From assembly GCF_041573655.1 (NCBI RefSeq), contig NZ_JBFFQD010000002.1, positions 28,062 to 92,061 of the forward strand: a stretch of DNA of 64,000 nucleotides, in the 5' to 3' direction. Position numbers and translations under genes: made by a program. Shown piece by piece: positions 48,625 to 58,847 of the stretch (position 1 is its first letter; the number at the start of each line of letters is the position of its first letter). This DNA comes from Methyloceanibacter sp. (lineage in GTDB: Bacteria > Pseudomonadota > Alphaproteobacteria > Rhizobiales > Methyloligellaceae). The notes beneath the pieces were generated by a model. It made no database searches, had not been told where the DNA came from, and worked only from the letters and a program-made list of their open reading frames with translations.

Positions 48625-48954
48625 ATGACCAGTTTTGACGATCGCGAGAAAAGTTTTGAGCGGAAATTCGCCCTCGACGAGGAGTTGAGTTTCAAGGCCA
48701 ATGCCAGGCGGAACAAGCTCTTGGGCCTATGGGCCGCCGAGAAAATGGGCCTGTCCGGCGATGAGGCCCAGGCCTACGCCCGGGAGGTGGTCAAGGCCGA
48801 CCTGGAGGAGCCGGGCGAGGAGGACGTCTTCCGCAAGATCAGGGGCGATTTCGACGCCAAAAGCGTCGATCAGTCCGACCACCAGATTCGCCGCGCCATG
48901 GCCGACCATCTGGCCGAGGCGGTGCGGCAGATCGAAGCCGAGGCCAAGGCGTAA
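48625..48954 (+). CDS. DUF1476 protein (alphaproteobacterial F1-ATPase inhibitor zeta-subunit family)
   Basis: GGAGG Shine-Dalgarno plus ATG at 48625. The N-terminus is MTSFDDREKSFERKFALDEELSFKANARRNKLLGLWAA. Confidence 0.7.
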   Translation: MTSFDDREKSFERKFALDEELSFKANARRNKLLGLWAAEKMGLSGDEAQAYAREVVKADLEEPGEEDVFRKIRGDFDAKSVDQSDHQIRRAMADHLAEAVRQIEAEAKA

Positions 48955-48961
48955 GGACACC

Positions 48962-49720
48962 ATGTCCCGGGACCTGTTCCGCCAAGCTGCCAAAGAGCGC
49001 CAGACGCTGTTCAACGCCTGGCTGATGTTGAACAACCCGCTTGCTCTCGAGCTGGCAGGCGAGGCCGGCTGGGACTGTGTCACCCTCGACCAGCAACATG
49101 GCGCAGGGGGCAACGAGACGTTGCTGGCCTGCCTGACCGCCGCCAAGGCAGCCGGGCTGCCCGCTATCGTGCGCGTGGCCAACAACGATCCCGGGCTCGT
49201 GGGCCGGGCGCTGGATGCGGGCGCGCAAGGCATTATGTGCCCGCTCATCAATAACGTGGAGGAGGCGGAGGCCTTCGTCCGGGCCGTGAAGTATCCGCCG
49301 CGGGGCTTGCGCAGCTGGGGGCCGTACCGGGCCAAGATCGGCTACAGCGGCGACTATTTCACGGAGGCGAATGATTTCACCATCGCTTGTCCGCAGGTCG
49401 AGACCAAAGGCGCCCTCGATCAACTCGACGAGATACTGTCGTTGGAGGGCGTGGACATGGTCTGCTTCGGGCCCAACGACCTCTCCGTGGCGCTCACCGG
49501 GCGCCTCGATATCTGGGCCAAAGAGGTTCAAGAGGCCATGACGGAGGTCCTGAAAAAGGCCCGCGAGAAATCCGTCATGACCCTGATTTTCTGCAATGAC
49601 GCGGACTTCGCCAAGCCCCGGATCGAAGAGGGCTGGGACATCGTTGCCGTCGGCACCGATGCCGGCTGGCTGTCGTCCGCCGCTGAGGCGACCCGCGCGG
49701 CGGTTTCGCCGGGCTCTTAA
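48962..49720 (+). CDS. HpcH/HpaI-family aldolase
   Basis: ATG at 48962. The motifs DQQHG, VRV and PLINN..EA..V....YPP.G.R are typical of class II 2-keto-3-deoxy-acid aldolases. Confidence 0.75.
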   Translation: MSRDLFRQAAKERQTLFNAWLMLNNPLALELAGEAGWDCVTLDQQHGAGGNETLLACLTAAKAAGLPAIVRVANNDPGLVGRALDAGAQGIMCPLINNVEEAEAFVRAVKYPPRGLRSWGPYRAKIGYSGDYFTEANDFTIACPQVETKGALDQLDEILSLEGVDMVCFGPNDLSVALTGRLDIWAKEVQEAMTEVLKKAREKSVMTLIFCNDADFAKPRIEEGWDIVAVGTDAGWLSSAAEATRAAVSPGS

Positions 49721-49876
49721 GCTCGGCACCGCAACGCCTTCAAACGATTCGCGCATTTTAGAGCGTTGCATCCTTGCATCAGGTCGGGGCCCTTAGCCGA
49801 CCGGGCCGCAAGGAGAGGCTGACGGTGCCGTGGTCCTATGCGACACTGGCCCTAAGGACTGAACTTTGGGGGCGGC

Positions 49877-50407
49877 ATGGGATCCTTCATCCGGCTCGTC
49901 ACGGGCGTCCTTCTAGGGCTCGTGATCGCGACGGCATCGGCGTCGGCGGACGACGCGCAGACGGCGGTCTCGCTGAACTTGCGCGACGGGCCGGGCGCCG
50001 GATATGCGCGCATCGCCGTCGTGCCCGCGGGCGCGCTGGTCGATGTTCGAGGCTGCCAGGGCGGCTGGTGCGGTCTGATCTGGAACGGCTATCGCGGCTA
50101 TGCGGTTCAGCGCGGACTGCTGTTGGCCTCGGCCTACGTTCTGGAGCCGGAAGTCTGGCCGATCTTCCCGGCTTATCCGTATCGCGCGGGCCATTACCCC
50201 AAGGCCGACTGGTATTTCGACATGCCGCCCTACACGGCCATCTCGCCGTCCTTCTATCGCCGGCGCTTTTTCATGATGGCGCAGGAGCGCAACCGCTATC
50301 GCTATATGCCGCATATCTTTCGCGGCAGCGGCGCTTACTCTGATGGGGGCCCGATCGAGGACGTCAACCTCCAGGCTATCTCCTCGGGCGTCGATCTCGA
50401 CGAATAG
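49877..50407 (+). CDS. Exported bacterial SH3-domain protein
   Basis: Signal peptide ending ASASADD. The SH3b-like core is LNLRDGPGAGYARIAVVPAGALVDVRGCQGGWCGLIWNGYRGY. Confidence 0.65.
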   Translation: MGSFIRLVTGVLLGLVIATASASADDAQTAVSLNLRDGPGAGYARIAVVPAGALVDVRGCQGGWCGLIWNGYRGYAVQRGLLLASAYVLEPEVWPIFPAYPYRAGHYPKADWYFDMPPYTAISPSFYRRRFFMMAQERNRYRYMPHIFRGSGAYSDGGPIEDVNLQAISSGVDLDE

Positions 50408-50423
50408 GGGTTACCCGCGGCTC

Positions 50424-50888
50424 ATGCCCCAGGCCTTCGGTTTCAGGCTTTTGGTTTTCGTCGTTGCGGGCCTGATGCTGCCCGCCGCCGCCAACGCGGC
50501 AAACGCCGTGGCCAAGCGGCCGGCCAGCATCCATGCCGCGCCGAATAGCGGCGCCAAGGTTCTCGGCCTTATCGGCGTGTCGCAAGTCGTCGACGCCAAG
50601 ACGTGCAAGAAGGGCTGGTGCCGGGTCGGAAAGGGCTACGTGCGGACCAGCTATCTGCGCTTCGTTCCCGTGCGCAAAGGTTACGAGAACGACTACGACT
50701 ACAACGTGCCGCTGGCCTTGCCGCCTTATGGCTACACCCCGGGCTTTTGGGGCTATGGCGGGCGCCGCTATTACGACCGCAATGGCAATTACACGAAGTA
50801 CGGCGTGCGCGGCTATGCGGGGACGGAAGACGATCGTCTCGGTGGGACAGTCGAGACGCGGCCGGGACGCCCCTTCGGCGTGCGCTAG
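50424..50888 (+). CDS. Exported bacterial SH3-domain protein (paralog of the preceding gene)
   Basis: ATG at 50424; the signal peptide ends AANAANA. The core is IHAAPNSGAKVLGLIGVSQVVDAKTCKKGWCRVGKGYV, and the C-terminus is Tyr/Gly-rich. Confidence 0.65.
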   Translation: MPQAFGFRLLVFVVAGLMLPAAANAANAVAKRPASIHAAPNSGAKVLGLIGVSQVVDAKTCKKGWCRVGKGYVRTSYLRFVPVRKGYENDYDYNVPLALPPYGYTPGFWGYGGRRYYDRNGNYTKYGVRGYAGTEDDRLGGTVETRPGRPFGVR

Positions 50889-50894
50889 CGTGCG

Positions 50895-52187
50895 TCAGCC
50901 GAACACGCGGGCGAAGAGGTCGTCCACGTGCTTGGTGTGATAGCCGAGATCGAATTGATCGCGGATCGCATCTTCCGAAAGTGCGCGGGTTACGTCCGCG
51001 TCGGCCAAAAGCTCTGAGAGAAAGTCCTTGTTCTCCTGCCAGACCTTCATGGCGTTGCGCTGGACGAGCCGGTAGGCGTCCTCGCGGGAGACCCCTGCAT
51101 TGGTCAGCGCCAGTAGCACGCGCTGGGAATGGATGAGCCCGCCTAAGCGGTCCATGTTGGCGCGCATGCGTTCCGGATAGACCACGAGCCCCTTGATGAG
51201 GTCGGTGAGGCGGGCCAGCGCGAAGTCGAGCGTCACCGTGGCGTCGGGGCCGATCATGCGCTCCACGGAGGAGTGCGAAATATCTCGCTCGTGCCACAGC
51301 GCCACATTCTCCAGCGCCGGCAGTGCATAGCCGCGCACGATGCGGGCGAGGCCCGTTAGGTTTTCCGACAGCACGGGATTGCGCTTATGCGGCATGGCCG
51401 AGGAACCCTTCTGGCCTTCGGAGAAGAACTCCTCTGCCTCGAGCACCTCGGTCCGCTGCAAATGGCGGATCTCAGTGGCGAGCCGCTCCACGGAACTTGC
51501 GATCACCGCGAGCGTGGCGAAATAGGCGGCATGCCGGTCGCGTGGGATGACTTGGGTGGAGACCGGCTCCGGCCTCAAACCCAGTTTGTCGGCCACGTAA
51601 GCTTCAACCCGCGGGTCCACATGGGCGAACGTCCCCACCGCGCCCGAAATGGCGCAGGTCGCGACCTCCTCGCGGGCGCGCACCATGCGTTCGCGGTTGC
51701 GCGCGAACTCCGCATAGGCTTGCGCGAGCTTCAGCCCGAACGTCGTGGGCTCGGCGTGTATGCCGTGGCTGCGGCCCACGGTGATTGTGTCCTTGTGCTC
51801 ATAGGCGCGCGTCTTCAGCGCGGCGAGCAGGTTGTCCAGATCGGCAATGAGAATGTCGGCGGCTTCGGTGAGCTGCACGTTGAAGCAGGTGTCGAGCACG
51901 TCGGAGGAAGTGAGGCCGGCGTGGAGGAAGCGTGCCTCTGGCCCGACATGCTCGGCGACCGAGGTGAGGAAGGCGATGACGTCGTGCTTCACCTCCGCCT
52001 CGATGGCGTCGATCCGCTCGATGTCGAACCCGCCGCGCGTCCGCGCCGCCTCCGCCGCCTCCTTCGGGATCAGGCCGAGCTCGGCCATGGCCTCGGCGGC
52101 GGTGACCTCAATCTCAAGCCAAATGCGGAATTTGTTCTCGGGCTCCCAGATGGCAGCCATCTGCGAGCGGCTATAGCGCGGGATCAT
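50895..52187 (-). CDS. purB: Adenylosuccinate lyase
   Basis: 430 aa with the fumarate-lyase signature SSAMPHKRNP. The N-terminus is MIPRYSRSQMAAIW. Confidence 0.95.
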   Translation of the reverse strand: MIPRYSRSQMAAIWEPENKFRIWLEIEVTAAEAMAELGLIPKEAAEAARTRGGFDIERIDAIEAEVKHDVIAFLTSVAEHVGPEARFLHAGLTSSDVLDTCFNVQLTEAADILIADLDNLLAALKTRAYEHKDTITVGRSHGIHAEPTTFGLKLAQAYAEFARNRERMVRAREEVATCAISGAVGTFAHVDPRVEAYVADKLGLRPEPVSTQVIPRDRHAAYFATLAVIASSVERLATEIRHLQRTEVLEAEEFFSEGQKGSSAMPHKRNPVLSENLTGLARIVRGYALPALENVALWHERDISHSSVERMIGPDATVTLDFALARLTDLIKGLVVYPERMRANMDRLGGLIHSQRVLLALTNAGVSREDAYRLVQRNAMKVWQENKDFLSELLADADVTRALSEDAIRDQFDLGYHTKHVDDLFARVFG

Positions 52188-52282
52188 GCGGGTCGGTCAA
52201 CCTTTCCCGGACGTGCGCGTCCGGCGACAAGGAAGGTCTAGCAGAACGCGGGACAGGCTCAAATGCGAACGCGCCAAAAAGC

Positions 52283-52771
52283 TTAAATTTCAACAGTCTT
52301 CGGCGCGCGGGTCCCGAACAGGGAAACATAGATGGCCGCCGCCAGCGCAAGCCCCAGATAGCCCGGGCGGGGCGGGATCATCATGTCGAGCAGGAAGGTG
52401 TAGAAGTCGTTCAGCGAGGCCAGATACATGCCCCCAAGCGACCAATCCTGCTGGCTCGGATAGGTGGCGTGAATGTAGATGAAGCGGAGCAGGCCGCCGA
52501 AACTGCAGAACGCCACGATGAAGATAAAGAGTGCAAACAGCGTGCGGACGACGAACCCGCGCCGGGCGGTGTAGCGCTGGCACCACCAGGTGATGAGCGC
52601 GGCCAGCATCCCTGCGAAGCCGACAATGCGGACCGTGTGCTGAGTCTGCTGGTTCATGACCGTATTCATGAAGTCGCCGACCATCAGCGCCCACATGCAG
52701 ACCCCGATAACGATGGCGAAGGCCGCGGCAAGCACGAAGCCGACCGCTTTGGTGAAAGTTACCCGTTCCAT
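52283..52771 (-). CDS. Hypothetical integral membrane protein (about 4 TM)
   Basis: 162-aa ORF with an ATG start and four hydrophobic segments. I recognise no family. Confidence 0.5.
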   Translation of the reverse strand: MERVTFTKAVGFVLAAAFAIVIGVCMWALMVGDFMNTVMNQQTQHTVRIVGFAGMLAALITWWCQRYTARRGFVVRTLFALFIFIVAFCSFGGLLRFIYIHATYPSQQDWSLGGMYLASLNDFYTFLLDMMIPPRPGYLGLALAAAIYVSLFGTRAPKTVEI

Positions 52772-52916
52772 TTGCCGCTGTCCCTCCGACCCTCTCGTGA
52801 GGGAGGACTATGCAAGGGAAACGGCCGGACTGCAATCCACTCAGGCCGCAAGGCTTGCTGCGTTCCGTGGTTTATGGTCCGATCCGCCGCCCGGTCGAAA
52901 AGGAGGCAGTTGCATC

Positions 52917-53129
52917 ATGGCATTTGACGATCTCAAGGCGGAACTCGCCCTTCTCATCAATCAGATGGAGAACCAACCCGAGGATCGGCACGAGCTTTAC
53001 CTGCAGGTTCGCGAGAAGCTCAACGAGATGCGTGCCTTCGGCATGCCCCTGCCGGAAGACCTGGTGAAGTTCGAAGAAGAGCTCGAGGCCCAGTTCAAGG
53101 CCGAGGAAGCTAAGGCGAAGAAGAGCTAG
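52917..53129 (+). CDS. Small acidic hypothetical protein (70 aa)
   Basis: AGGAGG Shine-Dalgarno plus ATG at 52917. It is predicted helical and acidic (MAFDDLKAELALLINQMENQPEDRHELYLQVREKLNEMRAFG). Confidence 0.5.
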   Translation: MAFDDLKAELALLINQMENQPEDRHELYLQVREKLNEMRAFGMPLPEDLVKFEEELEAQFKAEEAKAKKS

Positions 53130-53134
53130 CGCGG

Positions 53135-54268
53135 CTAGCCCGCGGGCGCCTTGTCGCCGATCTGCTCGTAGGCGCCGTTCGACCAGCGATAGACCGCGTA
53201 TGGCGGCAGGTTGGGATCGCCCTTCGCGTCGAAGCGCAATTCGCCGATCACGGTGTCGAAGGCGTTGCCGTTGAGAGCCTTGACCACGGCCGCAGCGTCG
53301 GTAGTGCCGGCCTTCTTGGCGGCTTCCGCCCAGGCTTGGATCGCGGCATAGGTGTAAAGCACATAGCCCTCCGGCTCGACGCCCTTCTCCTCGAAGCGGG
53401 CGACGACCTCGGCCGCGGCGGGATTCTTCCGCGGGTCGGGGGAGAAGGTCATGAGCGTTCCTTCGCCCGCAGGTCCGGTGATGGACCAATATTCCTGCGT
53501 GACCAGTGCGTCGCCGCCCATCAGCACCGCGTCCATGCCCTGATCGCGCATCTGCCGCAGGATGAGGCCAGCCTCGGTGTGATAGCCGCCCACATACACC
53601 ACGTCGACGCCCGCCTGCTTCAGCTTGGAGACCAGCGCCGAATAGTCTTTTTCGCCGGCGGTGTAGGACTCGTTCAGGACGTCCTGGGTGCCGGCCGCGT
53701 TGAGCGCCTTCTTGACCTCGTCGGCCAGGCCTTTGCCGTACGCCGTCTTGTCGTCGATGATGGCGATGTTCTTGTCGCCGAAATTCTTGGCGAGGTACGC
53801 ACCGGCAATGCCGCCTTGCTGATCGTCGCGCCCGACCACGCGATAAATGTTCGGTCCAGCGCGGCTATCGGTCAGCGCGGGACTGGTCGAGGCCGGCGAG
53901 ATCATGATCACCGCGCTGTCGCCGTAAACGTTCGAAGCGGGGATGGATGACCCCGAGCAAAAATGCCCGGCAATGAAGGGCACGCCGGCGCCAACCATCT
54001 GATTTGCCACGGCCACGGCCTGTTTCGGATCGCAGGCATCGTCGCCGATTTCGGCTTTGAGCGTTTTGCCGAGCACGCCGCCCGCCGCATTGATGTCGGC
54101 GATCGCGAGGTCCGCACCGTTGGTCATCTGCGTGCCGAAGGAGGCGTATTGCCCCGTGACCGGCCCTGCTACGCCGATCGTCGTGACGTTGGGGTCGTCC
54201 GGCTCGCCACAAGCGGCGAGCGTGAGGCTTGCACACAGAACGGCAATCAGCCCTGTCAGACGGGTCAT
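53135..54268 (-). CDS. Branched-chain amino acid ABC transporter substrate-binding lipoprotein (LivJ/LivK-like)
   Basis: ATG at 54268 with an AGGAG Shine-Dalgarno and lipobox LTLAAC. PBP type I blocks include IGVAGPVTGQYASFG and GHFCSGSS. Confidence 0.85.
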   Translation of the reverse strand: MTRLTGLIAVLCASLTLAACGEPDDPNVTTIGVAGPVTGQYASFGTQMTNGADLAIADINAAGGVLGKTLKAEIGDDACDPKQAVAVANQMVGAGVPFIAGHFCSGSSIPASNVYGDSAVIMISPASTSPALTDSRAGPNIYRVVGRDDQQGGIAGAYLAKNFGDKNIAIIDDKTAYGKGLADEVKKALNAAGTQDVLNESYTAGEKDYSALVSKLKQAGVDVVYVGGYHTEAGLILRQMRDQGMDAVLMGGDALVTQEYWSITGPAGEGTLMTFSPDPRKNPAAAEVVARFEEKGVEPEGYVLYTYAAIQAWAEAAKKAGTTDAAAVVKALNGNAFDTVIGELRFDAKGDPNLPPYAVYRWSNGAYEQIGDKAPAG

Positions 54269-54297
54269 TGGGAATCTCCTTCCAAGCCTCGGCTGCC

Positions 54298-54675
54298 CTA
54301 ACTTAGTGGTGCGTTCCGCGCGCGCCAAGTGAGGGGGCTCGTCCGCTCGTAGAGCCAACGATATTGCGTCACCATCTGCGTCGTACGCATGACGCGGAAG
54401 CCGAGCAGGGCCGCCGCAAGCAGCACCGCATAGGTGACAAGATAGTAGTAGGGGGAGAGCAGCGCGCCATCGAACAGCGCGTAGTGGAAAAAGCGCACGG
54501 CGCATGCGAGCAGCGCCGTATAGAAGAAGACGCGCCACAGTGGTCGCCAGGTGCCGGCCAGGCCCCGTCCTGCGAGATAGGCCGCACCGCCGCCGAGAAT
54601 CAGCGTGAGCACGAGGAAGACGCCAAGCCCGTCGTCCGAGAGCCACGGCGCGATGGATGGAGCGAGCGCACTCAT
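54298..54675 (-). CDS. Small membrane protein embedded in the liv-type operon
   Basis: 125 aa with 3-4 TM segments. Its start overlaps the livF stop (ATGA). Confidence 0.6.
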   Translation of the reverse strand: MSALAPSIAPWLSDDGLGVFLVLTLILGGGAAYLAGRGLAGTWRPLWRVFFYTALLACAVRFFHYALFDGALLSPYYYLVTYAVLLAAALLGFRVMRTTQMVTQYRWLYERTSPLTWRARNAPLS

Positions 54676-55421
54676 GTCCCGTTCGTCTCCTTCAACTTGG
54701 CGGTATCGCCCTCCAGATACGCCGCGCGCACCTCCGGCCGCTCCAGAAGTGCCTGGCCGCTGCCGGACATCGTGATGCGCCCGTTGACCATTACATAGCC
54801 GCGGGTAGCGATCTTGAGCGTCTGATAGGCGTTCTGCTCGACCAGGAACACGGTGAGGCCTTGCGCGTTGAGCTCCGCAATAGCCTCGAAGATCTGCTTG
54901 ACCACGAGCGGTGCCAAGCCGAGGGACGGCTCATCCAGAAGCAGAAGCCTGGGGCGGCCCATCAGCGCGCGGGCGATGGCCAACATTTGCTGCTCGCCGC
55001 CGGACAGTGTGCCGCCGCGCTGGTCGGCGCGCGTCTTCAGCACTGGAAAGAGCGCCTGCACCCGCTCCAGGTCGGCATCGAAGCCGCCTGGATCGTCGGC
55101 GATGATGGCGCCCATTTGCAGGTTCTCCATCACCGTCATGCGCGGAAAGATGCGGCGTCCTTCCGGCGACTGCGCGATGCGCAGCCGCGCGATGTCATGT
55201 GTCGGCAATTGGGTAATGTCTTTGCCGTCGAACACGATCCGGCCTTGGCTCGCGCGCGGCCGGCCGCAGATCGTCATCATGGTGGTAGTCTTGCCGGCTC
55301 CGTTGGCGCCGATCAGCGCGACGATCTCGCCAGGCTTGACGTCGAGACTCACGCCATGCAGCACCGGCAGCCGTCCGTAGCAGGCCGTCACGTCGTCGAG
55401 TTCAAGGAGGGATTCGCTCAT
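54672..55421 (-). CDS. livF: Branched-chain amino acid ABC transporter ATP-binding protein LivF
   Basis: Walker A GANGAGKTT, signature LSGGEQQML, Walker B LLLLDEPSLGLAP. Confidence 0.9.
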   Translation of the reverse strand: MSESLLELDDVTACYGRLPVLHGVSLDVKPGEIVALIGANGAGKTTTMMTICGRPRASQGRIVFDGKDITQLPTHDIARLRIAQSPEGRRIFPRMTVMENLQMGAIIADDPGGFDADLERVQALFPVLKTRADQRGGTLSGGEQQMLAIARALMGRPRLLLLDEPSLGLAPLVVKQIFEAIAELNAQGLTVFLVEQNAYQTLKIATRGYVMVNGRITMSGSGQALLERPEVRAAYLEGDTAKLKETNGT

Positions 55422-56269
55422 GGGCGCGCCCCCGAACCCGCAACGTCCTCTTCCGGTACGCCAAGATAGGCGGCGATCACCTGCGGATCGTTACGCACTT
55501 GCCGAGGCGTGTCGTCGGCGATCTTCTTGCCGTAGTCGAGCACGATGATGTGGTCGGAAATGCGCATGACCACGCTCATGTCGTGCTCGATGAGGAAGAT
55601 GGCGATCTTCTCCGTCTCGCGAATTTTGTAGAGCAGTTCGTTGAGGCCCTCGCTCTCTCGCGCGTTGAGGCCGGCGGCCGGCTCGTCGAGGCACAGGAGC
55701 AGCGGCTTCGTGCACATGGCGCGCGCGATCTCCAGCCGGCGCTGATCGCCGTAAGGAAGATCGCCCGCCGCTTCATCGGCGCGGGACAACAGCCCCACCC
55801 GGTCAAGCCAGTAACGTGACAAATCGACGGCTTGGCCTTCGGCACGGGCGAAGTTGCCGAGGCCGAGCAGCGCGCCGATGGTGAAATTCGAAGCGCGGCG
55901 TAGCTCGTTGTGCTGCGCCACCATCAGATTCTCCAGAACGGTCATGCCGGGAAACAGGCGAATGTTCTGGAAGGTGCGGGCGACGCGGGCATCGGCGCTG
56001 ATGTCGTGGTCTGTCATCCGCTCCAGATAGAAGCGGTCTCCGTCCGGCGCGCTCAAGCTGATCATGCCTTCGGTCGGCTTGTAAAACCCGGTGATGCAGT
56101 TGAACACGGTTGTCTTGCCGGCGCCGTTCGGTCCGATCAGCGCGGTGATGTCATGCCGGCCGACCTTGAACGACACGTCGTCGATGGCCACAAGGCCGCC
56201 AAAGCGCATGGTCAGATGTTCCACGCTGAGCACGGGGTCTGTGTCCCAATCTTTATCCTTCGTGTTCAT
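55418..56269 (-). CDS. livG: Branched-chain amino acid ABC transporter ATP-binding protein LivG
   Basis: Walker [10 protein letters not shown], signature [14 protein letters not shown], Walker [13 protein letters not shown]. Its stop overlaps the livF start. Confidence 0.9.
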   Translation of the reverse strand: MNTKDKDWDTDPVLSVEHLTMRFGGLVAIDDVSFKVGRHDITALIGPNGAGKTTVFNCITGFYKPTEGMISLSAPDGDRFYLERMTDHDISADARVARTFQNIRLFPGMTVLENLMVAQHNELRRASNFTIGALLGLGNFARAEGQAVDLSRYWLDRVGLLSRADEAAGDLPYGDQRRLEIARAMCTKPLLLCLDEPAAGLNARESEGLNELLYKIRETEKIAIFLIEHDMSVVMRISDHIIVLDYGKKIADDTPRQVRNDPQVIAAYLGVPEEDVAGSGARP

Positions 56270-57816
56270 CTGCGGCCCTGCCTGACGAGATCGCCGGAAA
56301 CGGCGTTTGCGTCATTCAGCGAAATGGTTGGCGACCGCGACGCAATGAGGCCGCGTGGCCGCCAAATCATGATGCCCACCATGGCGATGCCGAACAGCAG
56401 CATGCGGTAGAGCGCGGGATCGAACCCTGCGCCAAAGATGCTCTGTAGGCCGTCAGTGTGCCGCAAGGCTTCGAAGCCGCCCACCATGACGACGGCCGCA
56501 ATGGCCACGCCAAGCTGGCTGCCCATCCCGCCGAGCACGACGATCGACAGGATGATGGCGGACTCGATAAAACTGAAACTCTCCGGGCTGATGAAGCCTT
56601 GCCGCGTGGCGAAGAAGCAGCCGGCGAGCCCGCCGAACAGCGCGCCGGTGGCGAAGGCGGTGAGCTTGGTGACAGTGGTGTTGATGCCGAGCGAGCGGCA
56701 GGCGATCTCGTCTTCGCGCATGGCTTCCCAGGCGCGCCCGATCGGCAGACGCCGCATCCGCAAGGTCACGAAGTTGGTGAGAAACGCGAGCACCAAGATC
56801 AAATAGTAGAGAAACATAATGCCGTGCAGCGCGTCGTATTTCAGGCCGAAGAAGCTGGCGAATGTTGTGCCCTCGGCAAACGGAGAGAAGGGGAGGCCGA
56901 AGAAGGTAGGCTTCGGGATGCCGGAAATTCCGTTCGGCCCGTTGGTCACTTCGGTCCAGTTGAGCAGCACGATGCGGATGATCTCGCCGAAGGCCAAAGT
57001 GACGATGGCGAGATAGTCGCCGCGCAAGCGCAGCACGGGAAAGCCGAGAATGACGCCCCATAGCGCGGCCGCGAGCCCGGCGATGGGCAGACAGATCCAG
57101 AAGCCGAGACCGAAATGCGTGGCAAGCAGCGCGAAGGTGTAAGCGCCGACGGCATAGAAGGCGACATAGCCGAGGTCCAAGAGCCCTGCGAGCCCCACCA
57201 CGATGTTCAGCCCCCAGCCGAGCATCACATAGGTGAGCACAAGGATGGAAAGATCGAACCAGTAGCGCAAGGGCAGGCCGAGATTGAAGGCCCGATCGAG
57301 TGCATACGATGTCAGCGGGAAGAAGATGGCGAACAGAATGCCGCCGACGATGAAGATTTGCGCGTAAGGCAGGTCGGGGAAAACATGAACGATAAGCCGG
57401 CGCAGCAATCCAAGACCGACAAAGAGAAGCGCAGCCCAGGCGATAAGTCCGAGGGCCGGAACATTGAAAATCGCCGATATGACGAGCCCGGCCACGCCAA
57501 GCGCGGCCGTTGTGCTCAACACGGTAATGTCGCGTTTGTCGAACGCATCGCGCGTAAACAACTTCGCAAACGGCGTGGTGAGCGGGTACTCCGTCTGCCA
57601 GACGAACAGGTTCAGCAGAAATCGGCCGACAAACACGATGCCGACAGCAATCGCGAGCAGACCGGGGCGCGGCTGAAGCGTCAGGCCCGTGATGCCGTCC
57701 ACGGTGCGTAACCCGAGCACCAGCGAGAACAGCGCAAAGGCAACGACGCCCGCGAGAAGAGAGTCGGTCAGGGCCGATTTGAGCCGCAAGCCAAGAGGTT
57801 TGCCGGGCTCCGCCAA
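56266..57816 (-). CDS. livM: Branched-chain amino acid ABC transporter permease LivM (with N-terminal extension)
   Basis: 516 aa with an apparent TTG start. The LivM core includes [16 protein letters not shown] and GPNGISGIP. Confidence 0.85.
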   Translation of the reverse strand: MAEPGKPLGLRLKSALTDSLLAGVVAFALFSLVLGLRTVDGITGLTLQPRPGLLAIAVGIVFVGRFLLNLFVWQTEYPLTTPFAKLFTRDAFDKRDITVLSTTAALGVAGLVISAIFNVPALGLIAWAALLFVGLGLLRRLIVHVFPDLPYAQIFIVGGILFAIFFPLTSYALDRAFNLGLPLRYWFDLSILVLTYVMLGWGLNIVVGLAGLLDLGYVAFYAVGAYTFALLATHFGLGFWICLPIAGLAAALWGVILGFPVLRLRGDYLAIVTLAFGEIIRIVLLNWTEVTNGPNGISGIPKPTFFGLPFSPFAEGTTFASFFGLKYDALHGIMFLYYLILVLAFLTNFVTLRMRRLPIGRAWEAMREDEIACRSLGINTTVTKLTAFATGALFGGLAGCFFATRQGFISPESFSFIESAIILSIVVLGGMGSQLGVAIAAVVMVGGFEALRHTDGLQSIFGAGFDPALYRMLLFGIAMVGIMIWRPRGLIASRSPTISLNDANAVSGDLVRQGRR

Positions 57817-57818
57817 CC

Positions 57819-58733
57819 TTAGACCTTCTCGATCTCAGGGCGCCCAAGCAGGCCCGTGGGGAAGAAGATAAGCACGATGGCGAGCATGGAGAACGCCGCC
57901 ACGTCCTTGTACTCGATGGTGAAGTAGGCGGACCAAAACGTCTCGATCAATCCGATCACGAGTCCTCCCAGCATGGCGCCGGGAATGGAGCCGATGCCGC
58001 CGAACACCGCGGCGGTGAACGCCTTGATACCGACGATGAAGCCGATGAAGAAATCGATCACGCCGTAATAGAGGAGGTAAAGGAGCCCGGCGACGGCAGC
58101 GAGCGCGGCGCCGATCACGAAGGTGATGGAGATGGTGCGGTCCACATTGACGCCCGACAGCGACGCCATGAGCCGGTCTTGCTCACAGGCGCGCTGAGCG
58201 CGCCCCAGCGCGGTGCGGTTGATGATCAGCCAGAAGATCGTCATCAGCGCCAGCGTCGTCACCACGATGAGGATCTGGATGTTGGAGACGATCACCGTGA
58301 AGTTGCCTTCGGTGAACAGCTCGTAGCCGCCGGTGACAACGGGCTGCAGCGGCTTGACCCTGGCGCCTTGCGCCACCTGGATGAAGTTCTGCAGCACGAT
58401 CGACATGCCAATGGCCGTGATCAGCGGCGCCAGGCGGAAGGAGTCGCGCAACGGCCGATAGGCGACGCGCTCGACCGTCCAACCCCAGACCGCCGTCAGC
58501 ACCATGGCAAGGATGAGCACGATGAGCAGGGCCAACGGGATCATGGTCACGCCAATAGCCATCAGCGCCAGAAAGGCGATCAGCGCGATGAACGCGCCCA
58601 CCATGAAGACGTCACCATGGGCGAAGTTGATCATGCCGATGATGCCATAGACCATGGTGTAGCCGATGGCGATCAGGCCATAGATCGAGCCCAGGGCCAG
58701 TCCATTGACGAGCTGTTGTAGGAAATAGGCCAT
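57819..58733 (-). CDS. livH: Branched-chain amino acid ABC transporter permease LivH
   Basis: ATG at 58733. The N-terminus is [40 protein letters not shown]. Confidence 0.9.
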   Translation of the reverse strand: MAYFLQQLVNGLALGSIYGLIAIGYTMVYGIIGMINFAHGDVFMVGAFIALIAFLALMAIGVTMIPLALLIVLILAMVLTAVWGWTVERVAYRPLRDSFRLAPLITAIGMSIVLQNFIQVAQGARVKPLQPVVTGGYELFTEGNFTVIVSNIQILIVVTTLALMTIFWLIINRTALGRAQRACEQDRLMASLSGVNVDRTISITFVIGAALAAVAGLLYLLYYGVIDFFIGFIVGIKAFTAAVFGGIGSIPGAMLGGLVIGLIETFWSAYFTIEYKDVAAFSMLAIVLIFFPTGLLGRPEIEKV

Positions 58734-58847
58734 GACGACGCCTGCCTCGCCTTCCCCCACTCGGGCTTGCAGACACTAAGGAAAGCGGGCCACGCGGCCC
58801 ACTTCGGCATTTCTAGCAAGAAGGGCTTCCCCTGTGCATGCCCAAAT

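Noticed and set aside
56453-57847. 464-aa - strand ORF in an alternate frame of livM
   Set aside because: The translation is Arg-rich and non-membrane, whereas the livM frame has the conserved permease blocks.
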